From: the human T2T-CHM13v2.0 reference genome, Homo sapiens
Direction: 5' to 3' (one strand)
Length of the DNA stretch: 64,000 bases
NCBI RefSeq assembly: GCF_009914755.1
Contig: NC_060928.1
Under the pieces are notes generated by a model that worked only from the letters and a program-made list of their open reading frames with translations, was not told where the DNA came from and made no database searches. The first letter of the stretch is position 1, and the number at the start of each line of letters is the position of its first letter. Positions 14,042-30,079 of this stretch are shown here, in pieces. The position numbers and the translations under genes were made by a program.

Positions 14042-16181
14042 TGAAAAGTATGAATTTCTTATAGAAAAGACCTGGTCTAAAATGTCTAGAACCTTATTGT
14101 TTTGATGTGTGGATTTTCCAAAACAAAATGTGTATCATTAAGTATTATGCAGGGTTGCTTATTGTAATAAGCTTTTGAAAAAAATCACAAACAATTTGAG
14201 ATACCTTGGTTTCTTTGTGTCCTGGAAAAAATTCAGTTCCTCAATCCCTGGGGGTGAGACCAAGAAAATTTGAAAAATAAATGCCTCATTCAAACTATTA
14301 CATTCATCCCAGATCAATGACATTTCATCTACTATTTTGAATATCAAAGAGAAATAAAAGCTACACAATTTCCATTCAACAAGTAAATGAAAGAACTACT
14401 AACATCTATCAGTTATTCATACCGACACAATCAATGAAGAATAATATTTTGGGAGCCCATTTTGAAAACTTCAGGGATCACTGATTTTATTTTTAAATAG
14501 AAATGTTACTTTACTGACGGAAACATCATTTGAAAGAAAAATCTCAAATTGTTGTGTGCATTGGAAACCATTACAGGCTTGACATAATATCTGGTTTTGG
14601 TTATTTGATAAAGTAGGAAGCTTCAACTCTGAATCATGATTTTTACAGGAGCTACCTTTCCATTAGATATTCTGATAAAAAATTCTTAAAGACTTTTTTT
14701 GTTTACCTAAAATTTGTCAATGTACTTAATATTAGGATCATTTTAAGGGTTTTGCTAAGAATTAAAGATATAATCAACTATATAAGCCTTTCAAGAAAAC
14801 AATCTTGGATCACCTTCTTAAAATTTGAAAATAAAATTGCTTTTTCAGAAAAAAAAAAACTGCAGTATAGTTCTCAGGCTATTAAAAAGAGAATAAATTT
14901 TACCTACATGATGCAAGCTATATTTGTTTAAATAAGAAGGTAAATCATCCTTATTTAAAGCCATTTGGGTCATCATTTTATGGAAGACAAATATACACTC
15001 CTCTGACCAAACTGCCATTGTGTAAGAAGAGATGAGATAAAGATGTCAGTTCAAACTTCCCAGTGTTAGCAACACTAACCGTCATGTAAGCCAGGATTAA
15101 AATCAGTAAATACTTGTCTATTTATTTACAGACAGACTCTGAAGACACCTTGAAATTCTGTAAATAAGTCTGCATATAAATTCTTAAATGACTTTAAATG
15201 CAAAATATAAATTCACAATTCTTATGGACACAGATAAGAACAATAAGGAAGAACTTGCTGAGTACGATTCCTTGAACTAGTGACAAAAGAAATAATGGTG
15301 TTTGGTTTCCAACTTGGATACCTAGTGGCTTCTTGTATGAGACTAAGGTCCTTTAGCAACGTGACCGATGTGAACCCCAGTTTTGTTTTTTGATTTTGTT
15401 TTTTTAGTAACATGGGATTTATAGTCAGTGTTTTCTAAATTGTACATATTAAAATGAAAAGTCAAAACCGATCAAATGATATTGTTAAAAGAGACAAATG
15501 ATGGTACAGCACTATTAAAGAGTACGATTCCAGTTTTATTTAAAAACACCAACTGTAACTGTGTAAATATACATCATCCATGCTTTTCAGGGTTTAGGGT
15601 CAAATGTGTCATGATGTATCAAAACATTAATAATGGTTATCTTTGTAGACTGAGATTGTGCAAAATCAATTATATAGCTCTCTTACATTTGTAATAAAAC
15701 ATGTAATACACATGACTACCAGAGAGGGAATATATGTTATCAAGACATAGTCTTCAGCTTCCCTTCAAGATATCAAAATAAAATGTGTAGGATTTATTTA
15801 GTGCTTTTATTTGCAAAATTTAGAATTTTCTTCTTTTTTGGAAGAAAGAAATAACTATATGAAAATGAAAAAAGAAAAAGACATAACAATACTAATATGA
15901 ATTTTGATCATGTGAATAAATAACTTTGTAATTATCTAGGTCTAGATTTATTTCATTTTCATTCTGTGTGAAGTGAAGTAGCAAATGAAAAGGGAAATTT
16001 TATGTAAATTATAACTACAAACATGTAAAAGTCCCAGTGTGGGAGTACATATCTTGGAAAGAAAATGTGTGAACACACACACACACATGCATGCAGACAC
16101 AAGCCTTTATACAGCATTCTCAAAGAGAATCAAGACTCTATTTGATTAAGAAATACTGAGGAAATACAGAATATCAAATGG

Positions 16182-16183
<2 letters not shown>

Positions 16184-16218
<35 letters not shown>
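16184..16218. repeat. (TA)n microsatellite
   Basis: About 17 perfect TA units. Confidence 0.97.
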
Positions 16219-16222
<4 letters not shown>

Positions 16223-19200
16223 TCATTTTCAGATTTTTAACTCTACTAGTCCTAATCAGGATATCTGATAGATCCTTTTTCATGTTCTATTCAGTGTCAC
16301 CATTTTCTTTTCTTTTGTTATTCCAATACGAAAGCATCCTAGCTATCAGGATGCAAAATAGACACTAGTTGAGATTTTTGTCATGATGATGTGACTGTTG
16401 TGTCATAAGACAAAATAAATGTCAGTGGCAAATTAGAGTGAAAGTATTATTGTCCAAAGAGCTATCTCCAAAGTGTTTCCTATGAATTGGCTCACATGAC
16501 ACCCCAAACAAGATATGGAGTGGGAGTAGCAATAGCAGTAGTTTATTATTTTCATCAGTATTTTGTATTAAATATGTGCATGTCTTATCTAACAAAGGTT
16601 GTCTTTGCATGGCTGTAAAGATTCTAACAATACAACATATCATTATATTGATTATTATACTCTGTCATCAGTAATAAAAAAGTTGAATAAAAGCCAATTA
16701 TGGTAAAAAAAAAAAAAAGATAAAAACACTAAAGAAGACCAAACAGCATGTAATCAATATGGGAGAGATCAGACAAAACTGGCTCCACTACTTTGACCAG
16801 AGTTAGCAGCAGATATCTGGAGTAGGAAGTATCCTTTGCTTATGATTTTCCTCAAAGTGAGCTGCAATACAGCGACTCCATTTACTTAACAGTAGTAATC
16901 AGATGTTTGAAAGAGACAATAGTCCAGGTTTAAGCGTAGCAAATATGTCTCTTTTGTAAATGAAATATTTAAAACAGAAAACAAAGCACAGGTCAGTAGA
17001 CTAGAATTTACATCTCAGTTTGAACACTAAAATCTGGTATAGCACTGAGCAATCACTGATACCTCCACCCTGCATTCTCACTGTTTATGGAAGATGAAAC
17101 AGAAAAGTCTCAAAATAATGTTTGAAATCTAAAATGTTATGACCCTTTTAAGGCACTAACGTATCCCTGTGTTACTGTTTTTTTTTTCTAGTATGGAATA
17201 CAAACATCTTTAAAAATGTAATTTTCATGCAATGAGAATGTATTTTAAAGTAATCATTGTAATAATAAGTATATCACAGTTTAAAATGACTGGAAGAGAC
17301 GACATTAGCTTTTGCTTTTACTATCACTGTATTTCTAGAGAAGTAAAAATTTAAAAATAACAATAAAATCTGCAATTCATTTACATAAATCTTCCTCAAT
17401 AAAGAAATATGACCACAACTGTTTCTAATTCAGTAAAGATACAACATCCAAAATTTCTCTGTGTTATGCAGTACAATTAGGTTCATTCAGATAAAAAGAA
17501 AAATTTAGAGATTTTTTAAAAAAGTATTATATTTTATGAAATGTTTGTAGATATTACATCAGTCTTTTAGCTTATTTATTAATATTTGGTAATTAAGGGA
17601 TTAAGCTGGATATTTCTTTTGAACAAGTTTGCATCTCTCCAAATAAGCTATGGAGTAAGAATTCATTGGCAAAATTGTCTAGTCCAGATTTTGATCAGCT
17701 CTTTCACACTATACTGGAAGATCACCTTAGAATTACAATCCTGAATGGGAATGCCTAGCTTGACATTAGCTTTATTTCAGTGAAACAGATTCTGGCACAA
17801 AAGAAAACAGCAGGTTAAAAAGACATAAGGAACACAGCTATGAGGGAAGTTTTATGCTTAAAGGTAAAGAGGAGTGGTTTGAATTTCTAAAAGATAAAAG
17901 AATAAGCCACTTAGATCTTTCAGAGTACTGAAATAGTCATTTTTTACGTAAAAGCAAAACTCGCAGCTTCAGAGAGTTCAGAGAACTTCTTCCTGGAGCT
18001 ACTGATCCAGCCACACCAGGGATTGTCAGCTATTGCAGGGCACTCTGTCAGCTGTCAGGAAATAAATCTCTCTATCAGACGGAAGCAGTCTGAGTTGGAG
18101 CAAGTCCTCCACAGCATGTCACCCCGGGAGCGCTCAACATGCTTGGCGAACAAGGGCTCCCTGTTGTACTCTGATTTATGTATATCTGTAAAGTTACTCC
18201 TGATAGGGTAAAAGGAGGAGACTGATCAAGAGTCTGTCACACTCGAAATGCTTTCATACTGTTGCCACCCCACTCAACCTGTCGTCCATGGAAGCAAGGA
18301 AACAAAAGCACTGCAGACCGTTCTCAGAAGCCCTTTCCTTTCCTCGGTGACCCTTTCACAGACCGTTACCAGAACCACCACTCACTTCTTGTGCTAGTAG
18401 AGAACAGCAAGTAGTTATATTTGTGTTTTAAAGGTTGTCCTGTTAATAGATTGTCCTTTCACACATGCCATGTACCTTATTATCTGAAAATTTACTGAAT
18501 GCTCACCATGGTACATACTTGCTGACAAATTTCACACATGCCTAAGCATGCAACTGGATTTCCCCACATGATCATTTCCATGGTTCATTTCCTCATAGCT
18601 CAGGAGTGATCAGATTTTGTCTTCATTTTATTATGTTTTCAATCCAGTGAAGTCCAAATTATATCGTATTTTTGCTAGTATTAATGGGTAAAATTGTGGA
18701 TATTACTGTTTGGTTGGTGTTGAAATTTTGTCTATCATGTGTAATTTACTGAATGATAAGGATTTGAAGAAAATGAAAAGCCGGGAATACTGAGTTTTAT
18801 AACATGATACTTGCAAGTAAATTTAAGATACACATCAGGGCTTTGTTTTGCAAGAAGAAGTATAAAAAACACCACAGAAAGGCATTAACTTTCGACTTTA
18901 AATTGCAGAACTCAAAGGTATATATGTATACATTTTGGAGAGTTTTGTTGTTGCTGTTAATAGACAATACATTGAAGTGAGTAGCCCAGTTACAGAAGAG
19001 CATTATTTGATTAGGGCTTTAAACAAAGCAAGAGGGGTTGTAGGATTTCAGAATTACTGAAAAAGATAATGATGGCTGACAATGTTGAAGAAGACTTGTT
19101 TTATGTAAGAGAATTATGTAGACCTGGTGTAATTGTGAATAATTTTATAGCTGATTTTTTTGTTTGCACCCAGAGTTAACAATATATTTTTAAACTTACT

Positions 19201-19235
19201 TTGTAAACAAGTGCTTCATATTGCAGTTATGTGTA

Positions 19236-19291
19236 TAGATAGATTAGATAGATAGATAGATGATAGATGATCGATAGATAGACAGATAGAT
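19236..19291. repeat. Imperfect (GATA)n microsatellite
   Basis: tagatagattagatagatagatagatgatagatgatcgatagatagacagatagat. Confidence 0.92.
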
Positions 19292-21303
19292 TTTCCTTAA
19301 CCTTCTCAAGAGATTATATGCCTAGAGAACAGAACTGTGCATTGTATCACATTGTAAGTAACTAATCACTTACAATATTGCTAGAATTGGGTATCTCTTC
19401 AGTAAACATTGATTGTAAAAATAATCCTAGTAATCCATAGGATTTACCCCATTATTTGTTTTAAGCTTTATGCACATATAATTTATTTTGGTCTTTGTAT
19501 TAATATACCTGGTTTCTCCCTGCCACCACTGCCTTGCCTGTGTTTTATTTATCTTTTGTGTTATAGTACTTTTTCTAGTAGCAATCCCAATATTCTTTAC
19601 TGAAGGGATAATTTCTTTCTAACTTCACTATGACTTCCATTTTACCCTGCTCAAGTAGAGAGATTCAAATTATATCATTTATTTCCACTGTATAGTCGTT
19701 GGATAGATTGCGTGAGCTCCACTGGAAATTATGACATGCAGACACTTAAAAATTTTTAAAACATAGTTTTAAATAGTTCCTTGTTTAAAAAATATTTCCC
19801 CTTAAATCTTCCAGAAAATGCTAGAATTATGGAAAGAGGAAAACATAATTTAGCCTATCGGATGTAGAAACTGGAAATCTTGTTTTTATTTCCATTTCTG
19901 ACATAATGTGTTTTGATTGCTACCGTAAAAATGTATGATAACATATATTCACAACTAAAGCCGCCATTGAATCCCATCCATGGAAGAAAGGGAAGTAGAA
20001 ATGTTTCTTGAATTCGAAAGAGGTTGTGATTGTGACCTTAAGCAACATTTATTTGGAATGCAACAGTGATAAGAGAACCAAAGAGGTGCTAGTGAAGAGC
20101 AGAGTTTTGCAGTATGCATGTCCACAGGAATTACAGGAAGGCAGAGCCGACCTGGCTGCTTCCTTACACAGTACCATCATGTCACTGTGGACCTGATGGT
20201 AACAATTGCTTTGTAATGAAAATTAAAAAGTAATAGATATGTTTGTTGGATATGTGGTCTCGACATCTTCCAGATAGTGTATTAAAACTCTGTGATTAAT
20301 TTTATGCAGATTTTTTTAATTTTTTACTTTTAGTGTTGATTTTTCAAATTTTTAAATGCCTGATATCATGTAGAAAAACTGGCTCATTGAGCAGACTTCC
20401 TGTCCACATGCTTCCAATGCTCATTCAGAGGTAAAGAAACAAGCAGCATAGGATAAAAACAAAAACTACTTTGGATATAGTAAGTTTAAAAATAAATTGT
20501 GAGCCAACACAGCTGGTCCATTAAAATTATCGGTAAGCCATGTTAATGTATTTTAAATAAGCTATGAGGATAAATAGCGAAAACATTCTCTAAATGAGCA
20601 AAGATTTTAGTAATGAATATTTTATTTATAAAATTATAGCTCTTTCAGTGAAGTTTTGGATAGTTTACTTTTTAAAAAGTGGTAGGTAGTATCATGTGTT
20701 AACTCAGCTATGTATATTTTCTTGCATATTTTTCAATCACTCTTAAGATTTTCATTCATTTGGTTATTCTTTTAAATTAATTCTACCACCTAAGTGATAC
20801 AGCGCTAATATAGTATTTTTCTTTCTGTAACAGGTTTGATTAGTGTGGTGTATTTGCTAGTATAATTCATATTTGACATGTAAATAAGCTAATATTTGTG
20901 CTTTAACACCAGTTTCAATTTGAAAGTAAAACTAGAAATGTTAATAGCTTTTAGTGTAAGCAATTAAAAATAAGTAATATATATAATCCTGGAATCTGTT
21001 TAAGTTTCCCATAACTAAAGCAGTTTTGTTATGCAGAGTTTGTTGATTCATTATGTGGATACTTTGCATTAAGATAACATTTGCTTTGGGAGGTAATTGT
21101 TTTGATATCCTTCCACTAACTACAGTTGATAAGAGGTACGCCTTAAAAAAAATAACAATTCCTAGTGAAATAACCCATATTATAAATGTTTGAACTATCC
21201 TTAATATGGACACATTCAAGAAAATAAAATAATTAGTGGTAGTAGAGTTAATATACTGTTATGCTATTGCTAGCATCAGCCATTTTGAGATCCATAGCTT
21301 ATA

Positions 21304-21487
21304 CTCTATTTTCTCAGTTCTAAGATGTCAATATGTGTCAAAGATACCATTGATCTAATATCAGCTTTCCTGGGAGAAAGACAGAAATGGCCAGCAAGTT
21401 TCTTTGGAAATCCATTGTAGTATGTATACTAATTTAAAACATGTTAAAATGAAAAGAAATATTGGTCTTAGATTTGAAAAATTGTGG
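21304..21487. mobile_element. MER104-like Tc2/mariner MITE
   Basis: About 184 bp with degraded TIRs (ctctattttctcagttctaagatg ... gtcttagatttgaaaaattgtgg), TA at the left edge, and internal atgttaaaatg...aaa. Match is to a recalled consensus. Confidence 0.5.
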
Positions 21488-22281
21488 TTATGTGTGTATT
21501 TACAACCCATCATGTTCCAGATGAAACCCACCATATTGCAGCTGACAACTTTTCATCCAGAATGAATGCTGCTTACCTAAAGCTATTATAGTTTTACTGA
21601 GGTTGTTATAAGTAGATAGGTAATAATGAAGGTACTGTTTGATAGCAATTAATTGTATGATGGCTTTTCCATTTGTAGTCAAGATTGGAAACAACATGAA
21701 ATATATTCTAAAACATTTCACTATATAGTAACATCCTGTTTCTAAGTATGAAGAATGTGGGATGTAAGAAGTTTGCATATTACTTTGAAGAAATAAAAAT
21801 CATGAAAACAAAGAAATCATTATAAAATGAATTATTACTACCAGAGTTTTTTCTCCCCAGCGAAAGGTTGTCATGAGCAGAGTTTTAAGTAGAGAATGGA
21901 ATCTGATTTTGTGAAACAGATTCCATTTAGAATTATATTATTGAAATTTGAATTCGCATAGAGTGAACCAGTAAGAGAAAAATGGCATTATTAAGAAAAT
22001 AAATCAAACACAGATTTATTAGGATATGAAAATTTTTAGGAATAATAGAAAAGAAAGAGCTATGTTTTAAGGAAAAGGCCTAGATTGTCCATATTACTTT
22101 TGTCTTGTTTGTATTATTTATGATATATAAAATATTTAAATATTTGTTAGAAATTCCAAGGCTTACACATGATATGCACATAATAATTTCCAGAAACACA
22201 GAACCATGTTTACTTTAGGTGAACACTTAAATTGAAATATATACATCAATTCAGTACTTGTGTTGTGAAATATGTATGTAT

Positions 22282-22308
22282 ACACACACACACACACACA
22301 CACACACA
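22282..22308. repeat. (CA)n microsatellite
   Basis: About 13 AC units. Confidence 0.95.
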
Positions 22309-23771
22309 TATCTTCTGTCAGTAGAAACAAAATTGCCACTCTTGCTTTGATCTTACCAACAGATGCAACGCTAGCAGAATGGAATGAATTCAAATAGTCT
22401 TAATTAAGCCTTTCTTGTAGGTTTAATTAGGTATGTACCAGCTTAAAATACATCTGGCCTATAAAAAAGACATAATGAGTATTTGATGTAACAATTTGAT
22501 CTTGTTGTTGTGGTTTTCAAATTCTTTTGTGTGCGTCTGTACACATCTGTGAGTTTGTGTAAAGATAATAGCTATTACTTTCAATTGTTTCTTCTGGTTA
22601 TACTTCATGGTGACACTTTGGGCCTCTCTGTGACTGTGTGTGTGTGTGGGGTGGGGGTGGGGTGCTGCAACCAGTAACTTTGGAAGTTTTGTCAACAAGT
22701 TCACAGAAATAAAAACTCAATGCCAACCTGTTTTGAGAATCCAGTTCTAAATACAATTTTTGAAATTTTTGTCATTATACAAATAGCAATCAAATATTAT
22801 AGGAAGTAACAAAAATGACAGAAAAAAATTCCCACGTTCTCCATCTTAGTGACTTAACTTTCTTATTTCCATTTCCTTTTTATTCCTTGTTTTATTTATA
22901 TGTATTTTTAATGTGTTTTTAATTATAATGTCAATACAATTTTATTCAACTTAATATTTAATAAATTAGAGTTTGTGCATGATTATTTTTATAGCAGTTA
23001 CATTTTGTTTAGGTGATTTTAAATAATTTTCTACCACTACACTAATTAAAGGTATTTAGATTTATTTTTATGGTATGCCATAACACGGAAATGGAACTTT
23101 TTTAAAAATTAATTTTCCTCCTTAAAAACTATTGTAAAATTACATACCTCATAGTTTAACTGTTTACATTTATGTGTAACGAGGACATTTTGCATTCATG
23201 AATGAAAAATAAAATGATGAAATAGCAGTTATCAAAAGAAACAAACAAAAATACATCAGATATCCACATTTTAAAAAATAGAGCATTATATTATATAATA
23301 TTCAGACATAGAGATGTGCCATTATAAGACACAGCAGAATGAACAAGGGTAGAATAAGAATTCTCTTGATAGAATTTTATATTAGTTTAATTGTACTATA
23401 CTCAATAGATTCACATATATTCTGTATATGTGTTAATGCTTCATAGCTTCATAGAAATGGAAAATGTAAGTTGAGAAACATACTAAATGGCTACACTCTA
23501 TGTACTATGTTCTGTATATATAGCATTTATTCTCACTTTTAATTCTCGTTGCCTGTTTTGAACTTGTTCATGATAGTAATGATGTAATATTTGTGTTACT
23601 TGAGTTTATATGGACAAAGCAAGGCTATTTATTTTTTGTGTTATAGGATTTGTGTCAATTATATTAAATGAAACGTCTCTGTCTTACAGTTAACAACACT
23701 TGCTATAAAAATCTAATATTGATATAATCGAATGTATTTATTTGAAACTCTTTAATGATTTATAATTTGCC

Positions 23772-24112
23772 TTTGTCCATGCAGCTGCTATAACAAAATA
23801 CTATAGCCTGGGTAGATTCTAAACAGTAGAAATTTATTTCTCATAGTTCTGGAGGCTGAGAAGTCCAAGATCAAAGTACCAGTTGATTCAATTCCTGGTG
23901 AGGGCATGTTTCCTGATTCTTAAATGGCATCTTCTGGCTGTGTGTTCACATGATAGAAGGAGCAAGGCCTCTGGGGCCTCTTTTATAAGGGCACTAATCC
24001 AAGTCGTGAGGCCTGCACCTTCACAATGTAATCACCTCCCAAAGGCCCCACCTTCTAATCCTATCACACTAGTGATTAGGCTTCAACATAAGAATTTTTG
24101 TGGAGACATAAA
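23772..24112 (-). mobile_element. MLT1A-type solo LTR (ERVL-MaLR)
   Basis: gctgctataacaaaatac...aaatttatttctcatagttctggaggctgagaagtccaagatcaa...cctcttttataagggcactaatcc...cacctcccaaaggccccacct...ttcaacataagaattt. Confidence 0.88.
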
Positions 24113-24657
24113 CTTTTATTCTTGCAATTTCTGGAATGCTTCATATGTATGTATAAATATATGTTTACACACAGATACATGGTTATCAAAAAGATCTAAA
24201 TATACAGAGAAGAAATGCTTTGCTTTAAATGAGTGCTTCTCCAGACATAAGGTCTATGCCACACTTTGATAAACATAAGCAATTATGCATGCGCCACTGT
24301 ATGGAATGTTGCTCTAAGGTGAAAAAGCCTGGTTGAAAATCATGATGTCTTTGCTTGTCCCTCCCAACAACTAAAGATTTTGTTGAGCTTCATTTTCTAT
24401 ATTTATATAATGAAATAATTTTTACACAATCCAAATATAAGATGCATATTTGTTATTTTTACCTACCTGAATATTCTAATACCCCCAGTATTTAGGTGAC
24501 TGTATTGAGAAAGTTGGTACATTACATACTTAACCCTGGTATCATCATCAACAACAAGAATAAATGAATCTGATAAAAAGTAAGGCAATAAATTAGTTCA
24601 ATGGAATTCAAAGACAAAATCAATAAAGATAAGATTAAAAATTAATGAGGTGACAAA

Positions 24658-24815
24658 GTCTAGGCACCCTGACTCACACCTGTGGTACCAGTGCTTTTGG
24701 AGGCTGAGTGGGAGAATCACTTGAGCCCAGGGGGTCAAGGCTGCAGTGAGCCGTGATTGTACCACCACACTCCAGCCTGGGTGACAGAGCAAGACAGTCT
24801 CAAAAGAAAAAAAAA
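24658..24815 (+). mobile_element. Alu monomer (FRAM/FAM-like)
   Basis: Single ~145-bp arm (ggaggctgag...cacttgagcccagg...ggctgcagtgagccgtgattg...cagagcaagac) with an A tail. Confidence 0.85.
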
Positions 24816-25479
24816 AAGAGAGAGAGATAAAAACTTGATTAATCACCAGGTAACATGACTTTTTTAAGCAAGGGAGAAAACTTCATCTATGAGCAATAAA
24901 TATGGAATACCCTTATGAATGGAGATTATATTTTCAAAATTACAGAAAAACATTAAACCCTTCTTTATTAATGGATCTTAAATCTGCATCATGTTGTTAA
25001 ACTTTGTAATTTACTCAAAAAAAGAAGTAATAGACCTCTGGAGATCAGTAACTTCAAACTTACTTCAAAAAGTTATTCCTAAAAACGATATCAGAAATTC
25101 TAAGGAGCATGTGTGATTTCCAGAAGCTTCTCTCAACTCAGCACGTGATTATATTAGTCTCAGTATCCACATACCACTAAGAACTGCTGGTCTGGAAAAG
25201 TAAACATTTAGGAATAGTAAGGAAAAATCTTATGGGAATAGAGAGGCAAATCAGTAACAAAAAAAAGAAAAAGAAAAAAAAAAACCAGAGAGCGAAGAAA
25301 CTGGCTCTAGTTAATATTCAATATATCTTTAAAATCAGTTGTCTAGTCACTGCGGGGAAGGGTATGGGAAATGAAGTACACAATGTGGAATCTCCAAATA
25401 GCAACTTAATTCCAGAGAACTTGAGTGTTAAGTGCATGCTATGTTTATATTATTCATAAACTGGAGTGCAAACATATGC

Positions 25480-26330
25480 AAAGAAAAAAATTTAGGTAAA
25501 TATCCAGTAAAAAACAGTGCTTATAGCAAAATTCAGAAATGATGAGCTTAAAATTAAAACAATGGATTTGACTAATAAAAATTGAAACTTCTGAATGACA
25601 AAGTAGTACATTTCATAAATATATTTGAAAGACAATGACATTGCATGTGTGTAGACATGATATTTATTTAAATGCGTATACATAGATATATGTATATATC
25701 TTTGCATATGTGTGATAGCAGAAAAACGTGTTAATAGACATAAATATAGAAATAGTTTATGCAATGCAATGAAAAATATTCAACAGCTCATTAGAAAAAT
25801 GAGTAGAGGAATAGGGTATTGCGTAATAAACTTAAAAAAAGTACTATCAGCTAAAATATTCAATCTCAAGAACATTAAATTAAAAAAATCATCATTAGTA
25901 ATGATTTAAAAGATAAAGTTGTGTTTCCTGTCTAAAAAGGTTTAATTTTATAACACTTGATCCAAATCAAAAATATGCATATCATTTATCAAATCAATTC
26001 TAGTATTTGGATTTGAAATTAGTACAATATTGGTCCATTGTTCAAGGACACATACACCAGGATGTTCATTGCAGTGCTGTTTTTAATACTCCTAAATCAG
26101 ATAAAAACTTACTTACTATTATTATTTGATGGAATATACATGCAAAACACAATCATAATACTATTCATATGAATTATATTATTCAAAATTTATTAACTTG
26201 GAATTATGGCCTTGCTATATTTAGTAATATAAAAAGGCACATTATGGAATAGAGTGGTTGCATTTTTAAAGGAAGAATATTAGTATGATTATCTATGATA
26301 TATAAGAGAATATGTCTGGAAAGTAATCAA
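25480..26330 (+). mobile_element. Very old L1ME-type fragment
   Basis: aatggatttgactaataaaaattgaaacttctg and accaggatgttcattgcagtgctgttt are L1 ORF2-end-like motifs. Confidence 0.5.
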
Positions 26331-26929
26331 AGTATAAATTAGGATAAGACAGGAGGGAATTCCTTTATTCCAACTATAAATCAAGGGATACATGTGAAGG
26401 AGAAAGATCATATTTCTATAGTGTGATGAAGTCCCGGAGATAGAAGAATATTTGACCAAAGACTAAAGGAAAGTGAGTGACAAAGACATGATGATGGCCG
26501 CAGGAAAGACTGTAGAAAGCAAGAAGCAAGTGTGAAGGCCCTGAGGCAGAAACATGGTTGCTGTGGTTCAAGTACACTAAGAAAACAGAGTTCATGAGAG
26601 GGGGAGGATAGAGCAGATAAAGTGAGGTCTACAAAGCTACAGGAAGAGGATTGGAAGCCATTGGATTTTGCAGAAGCTTGTCTTGATCCAAGCTACTCTT
26701 AAGGGTCACTGTGTCTTAAGAATGGACTTAGAGACAAGAATGGAAGCAGCCTCTACTATCTTTAAAAAACTATTATAGTGATCCAGTCCCAAGAAAATGG
26801 TGGCTTATGCCTGGGTGATAGTTTTGGGAGTGATTAGAAGTGAAAAGGTTCTGGAAATATATCTATATCTATGTCTAAATTTCATATATATTTTATATAC
26901 TATAAATAATATGATACAAAGACATATAG

Positions 26930-27689
<760 letters not shown>

Positions 27690-27811
27690 AAAAAAACACT
27701 GTACATTCTTGGTAAAAATATTTTGAATGTGGAATCCATATGGATTGCCGATTATTTTGATATAGAAGATAAAAGACAAGAGTAAACAAGATTTTGGCCT
27801 GAATGGCCATA

Positions 27812-27897
27812 TATTTTAATGTAATTCAATTCTAATTCTTTTAAATTTACATTTAGATAACCACATGTGGTGAGTTTTAGCATATTGGGCAATGCAG
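27812..27897. mobile_element. MER3/MER33-type hAT fragment
   Basis: tttaaatttacatttagataaccacatgtggtgagttttagcatattgggcaatgcag resembles the MER3/33 terminus. Confidence 0.55.
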
Positions 27898-30079
27898 ATA
27901 TAAGCATCAGGGTAAAAAGGGGACAGAGTAAGTTGAAGACTGAGCTCTTGGGCACTCTGATTTAAGGCCTTAGATCTGGAAATGAGGAAGAACCAGCCAA
28001 GGAGACTGACAAGCGAGGTGGGAAAGAGGTGGCAAGTAAATAAACCATTTTGGGATAGATTCAGAAGCCAATGATCAATGGGTCAGATGCTACCAATATT
28101 TGCATCCAATGAGGACTCAGAATGGACAACTGCTTGAACAGTGCAGAAAAGACTTCAACCTTGCCAAGTGTTTTATGACTGTTTTGTAGAGGTGCAAGGC
28201 CCAGTTTGACTTGGTTTAAGAAAAAACAGCCTTTTCTTTTGTGTGTGGGTCTCCCCATCTCTTTCTCAACGGGACTGCAAAATCTTTAAATGTATATCTT
28301 CCACCTTTTATATCTTTGTATAAAAAATTGCCTGACAAAGTTCTTTTTTTGTATTTTAAAGGGTTAGAAATATAAACGTTCTAATCATAAATGTCATTTT
28401 AATTATTATTACTTTCCCATCATTTCAGAAACATGAATTAGTCAAGGCAGATTGTTTACAACATAAAATGGTTACATTATAAAATGGAAGAAAATTAATA
28501 TTTCTAGTAATTGGTTAGGAAGATTTGCAACTGTGATCCATACCTTTAAAAAAGAGCTAGTGAAATTCAGAATATAATATTGGTGTTATCTGTGCAATTT
28601 AAAATAATGATGAGCCAGTAATGTTTAGGTAACTTTTAAAAACAATTACTGTTCTAACTAAAGGAATTATTTTCTTTGAGGATAATTCACCTCCCACCAG
28701 TTCCACATTTTGACAACTTTATCATTTTGGACCAATGTGAACTTGACCTTTCCCCCCGCCATTCTTCATCTTGTAAGTGCTGTGCCCTTCCAGGCTGATA
28801 CTTTGAAGACAAATTCTTTGTCCTTGTTTGGATTATTGAACAGTAAATGTCAAGGTTTTTTTTCCCCATTTACAAACGTTTTATCAATTGCTGACCTAAA
28901 AAAGATTAGATGTAATCTTAGATATTAAAACTACCATTCAGCATGGAAGATCTTTAAAAAAGAAAAATTCACATGAATTACAATTAACTTTAAAGACTTT
29001 TTAATGAGGAAATGACATACTTCTTGAGGTTATAATTTGTGCATTCTTTCAATTTCTTAGCCTATTAGCTTGATTTGACCCTGCAGATCAGGGAGATATA
29101 TATTTTGTATGTTTCTCCTGAAGTTCTTCAGCAAGTCTCTACATCAGCTCACATACTGGGTTTTGTGAAAGCCAAGAGTTTCTTTAGTCATTGAAGGAAC
29201 TAGCATGGAATTATAGAGCAAATGTACAAACAAACAAGAAACTATAGCAAAAAGCTAAAAAAAGAACCCTTCCTCATTAAAATTGTCATCGTCATTTAAA
29301 GTATATTCTATATAGATTTTTTAATGTGAACCACTGATGTGAAAGCAATGCATATAGGATGAAGTTGTAATTTAATTTATTTAAAATTCTGTCTACACCA
29401 GCCTCCTTACTTTCTTTTCATATCTGGTTTATTTTGAAAGAATAAATCTGTTAGCCTTCAAACACTTTCTGTCAAAAATATGAACTTATTTGATATGGGT
29501 TAGCAGGGTTGTGATTGGAGACTCAATATTTCATTTATTTTAATGTAAATGACACAGGATTGGATTGAATCTTATTACTTAAATATTGTATTAACTTAAA
29601 TGACTCAATGTATAGACACGTTTACATCTTTTACATTTTTTTAAAATCTTCCTTAATGTTGGAAAATCAGGTATATGTGATTATTTATATTTGTGAAAAC
29701 TTAAAAAACACAGGATATATCTGAACTATATTTATGTTTCTGAAAGACACCTAAATATTGTCTTTTTATTTCCCATATATATTCTACAGTGACTTAACTC
29801 TGAAATTCAGCATTTTATCATGTTGACATTCATATTCTTATTATTTAATTTAATGTGACTATGATACTTCAGAAGATTCAGTTCTTACCATGTTCAGCAT
29901 TTTTTCTTATCATTTAAAAAAATCACATGTTTACATTATATTGTTTTAAAATTGAAGTATTGCCAGTAATGTATTATATATTGTGACATTGATTACTTGG
30001 TTAATTTAAAAACTTTATTTTCTATCACAAATATTTTAGTCACAAAATGACATGATTTAATAGAAGGAACATGGGATCA

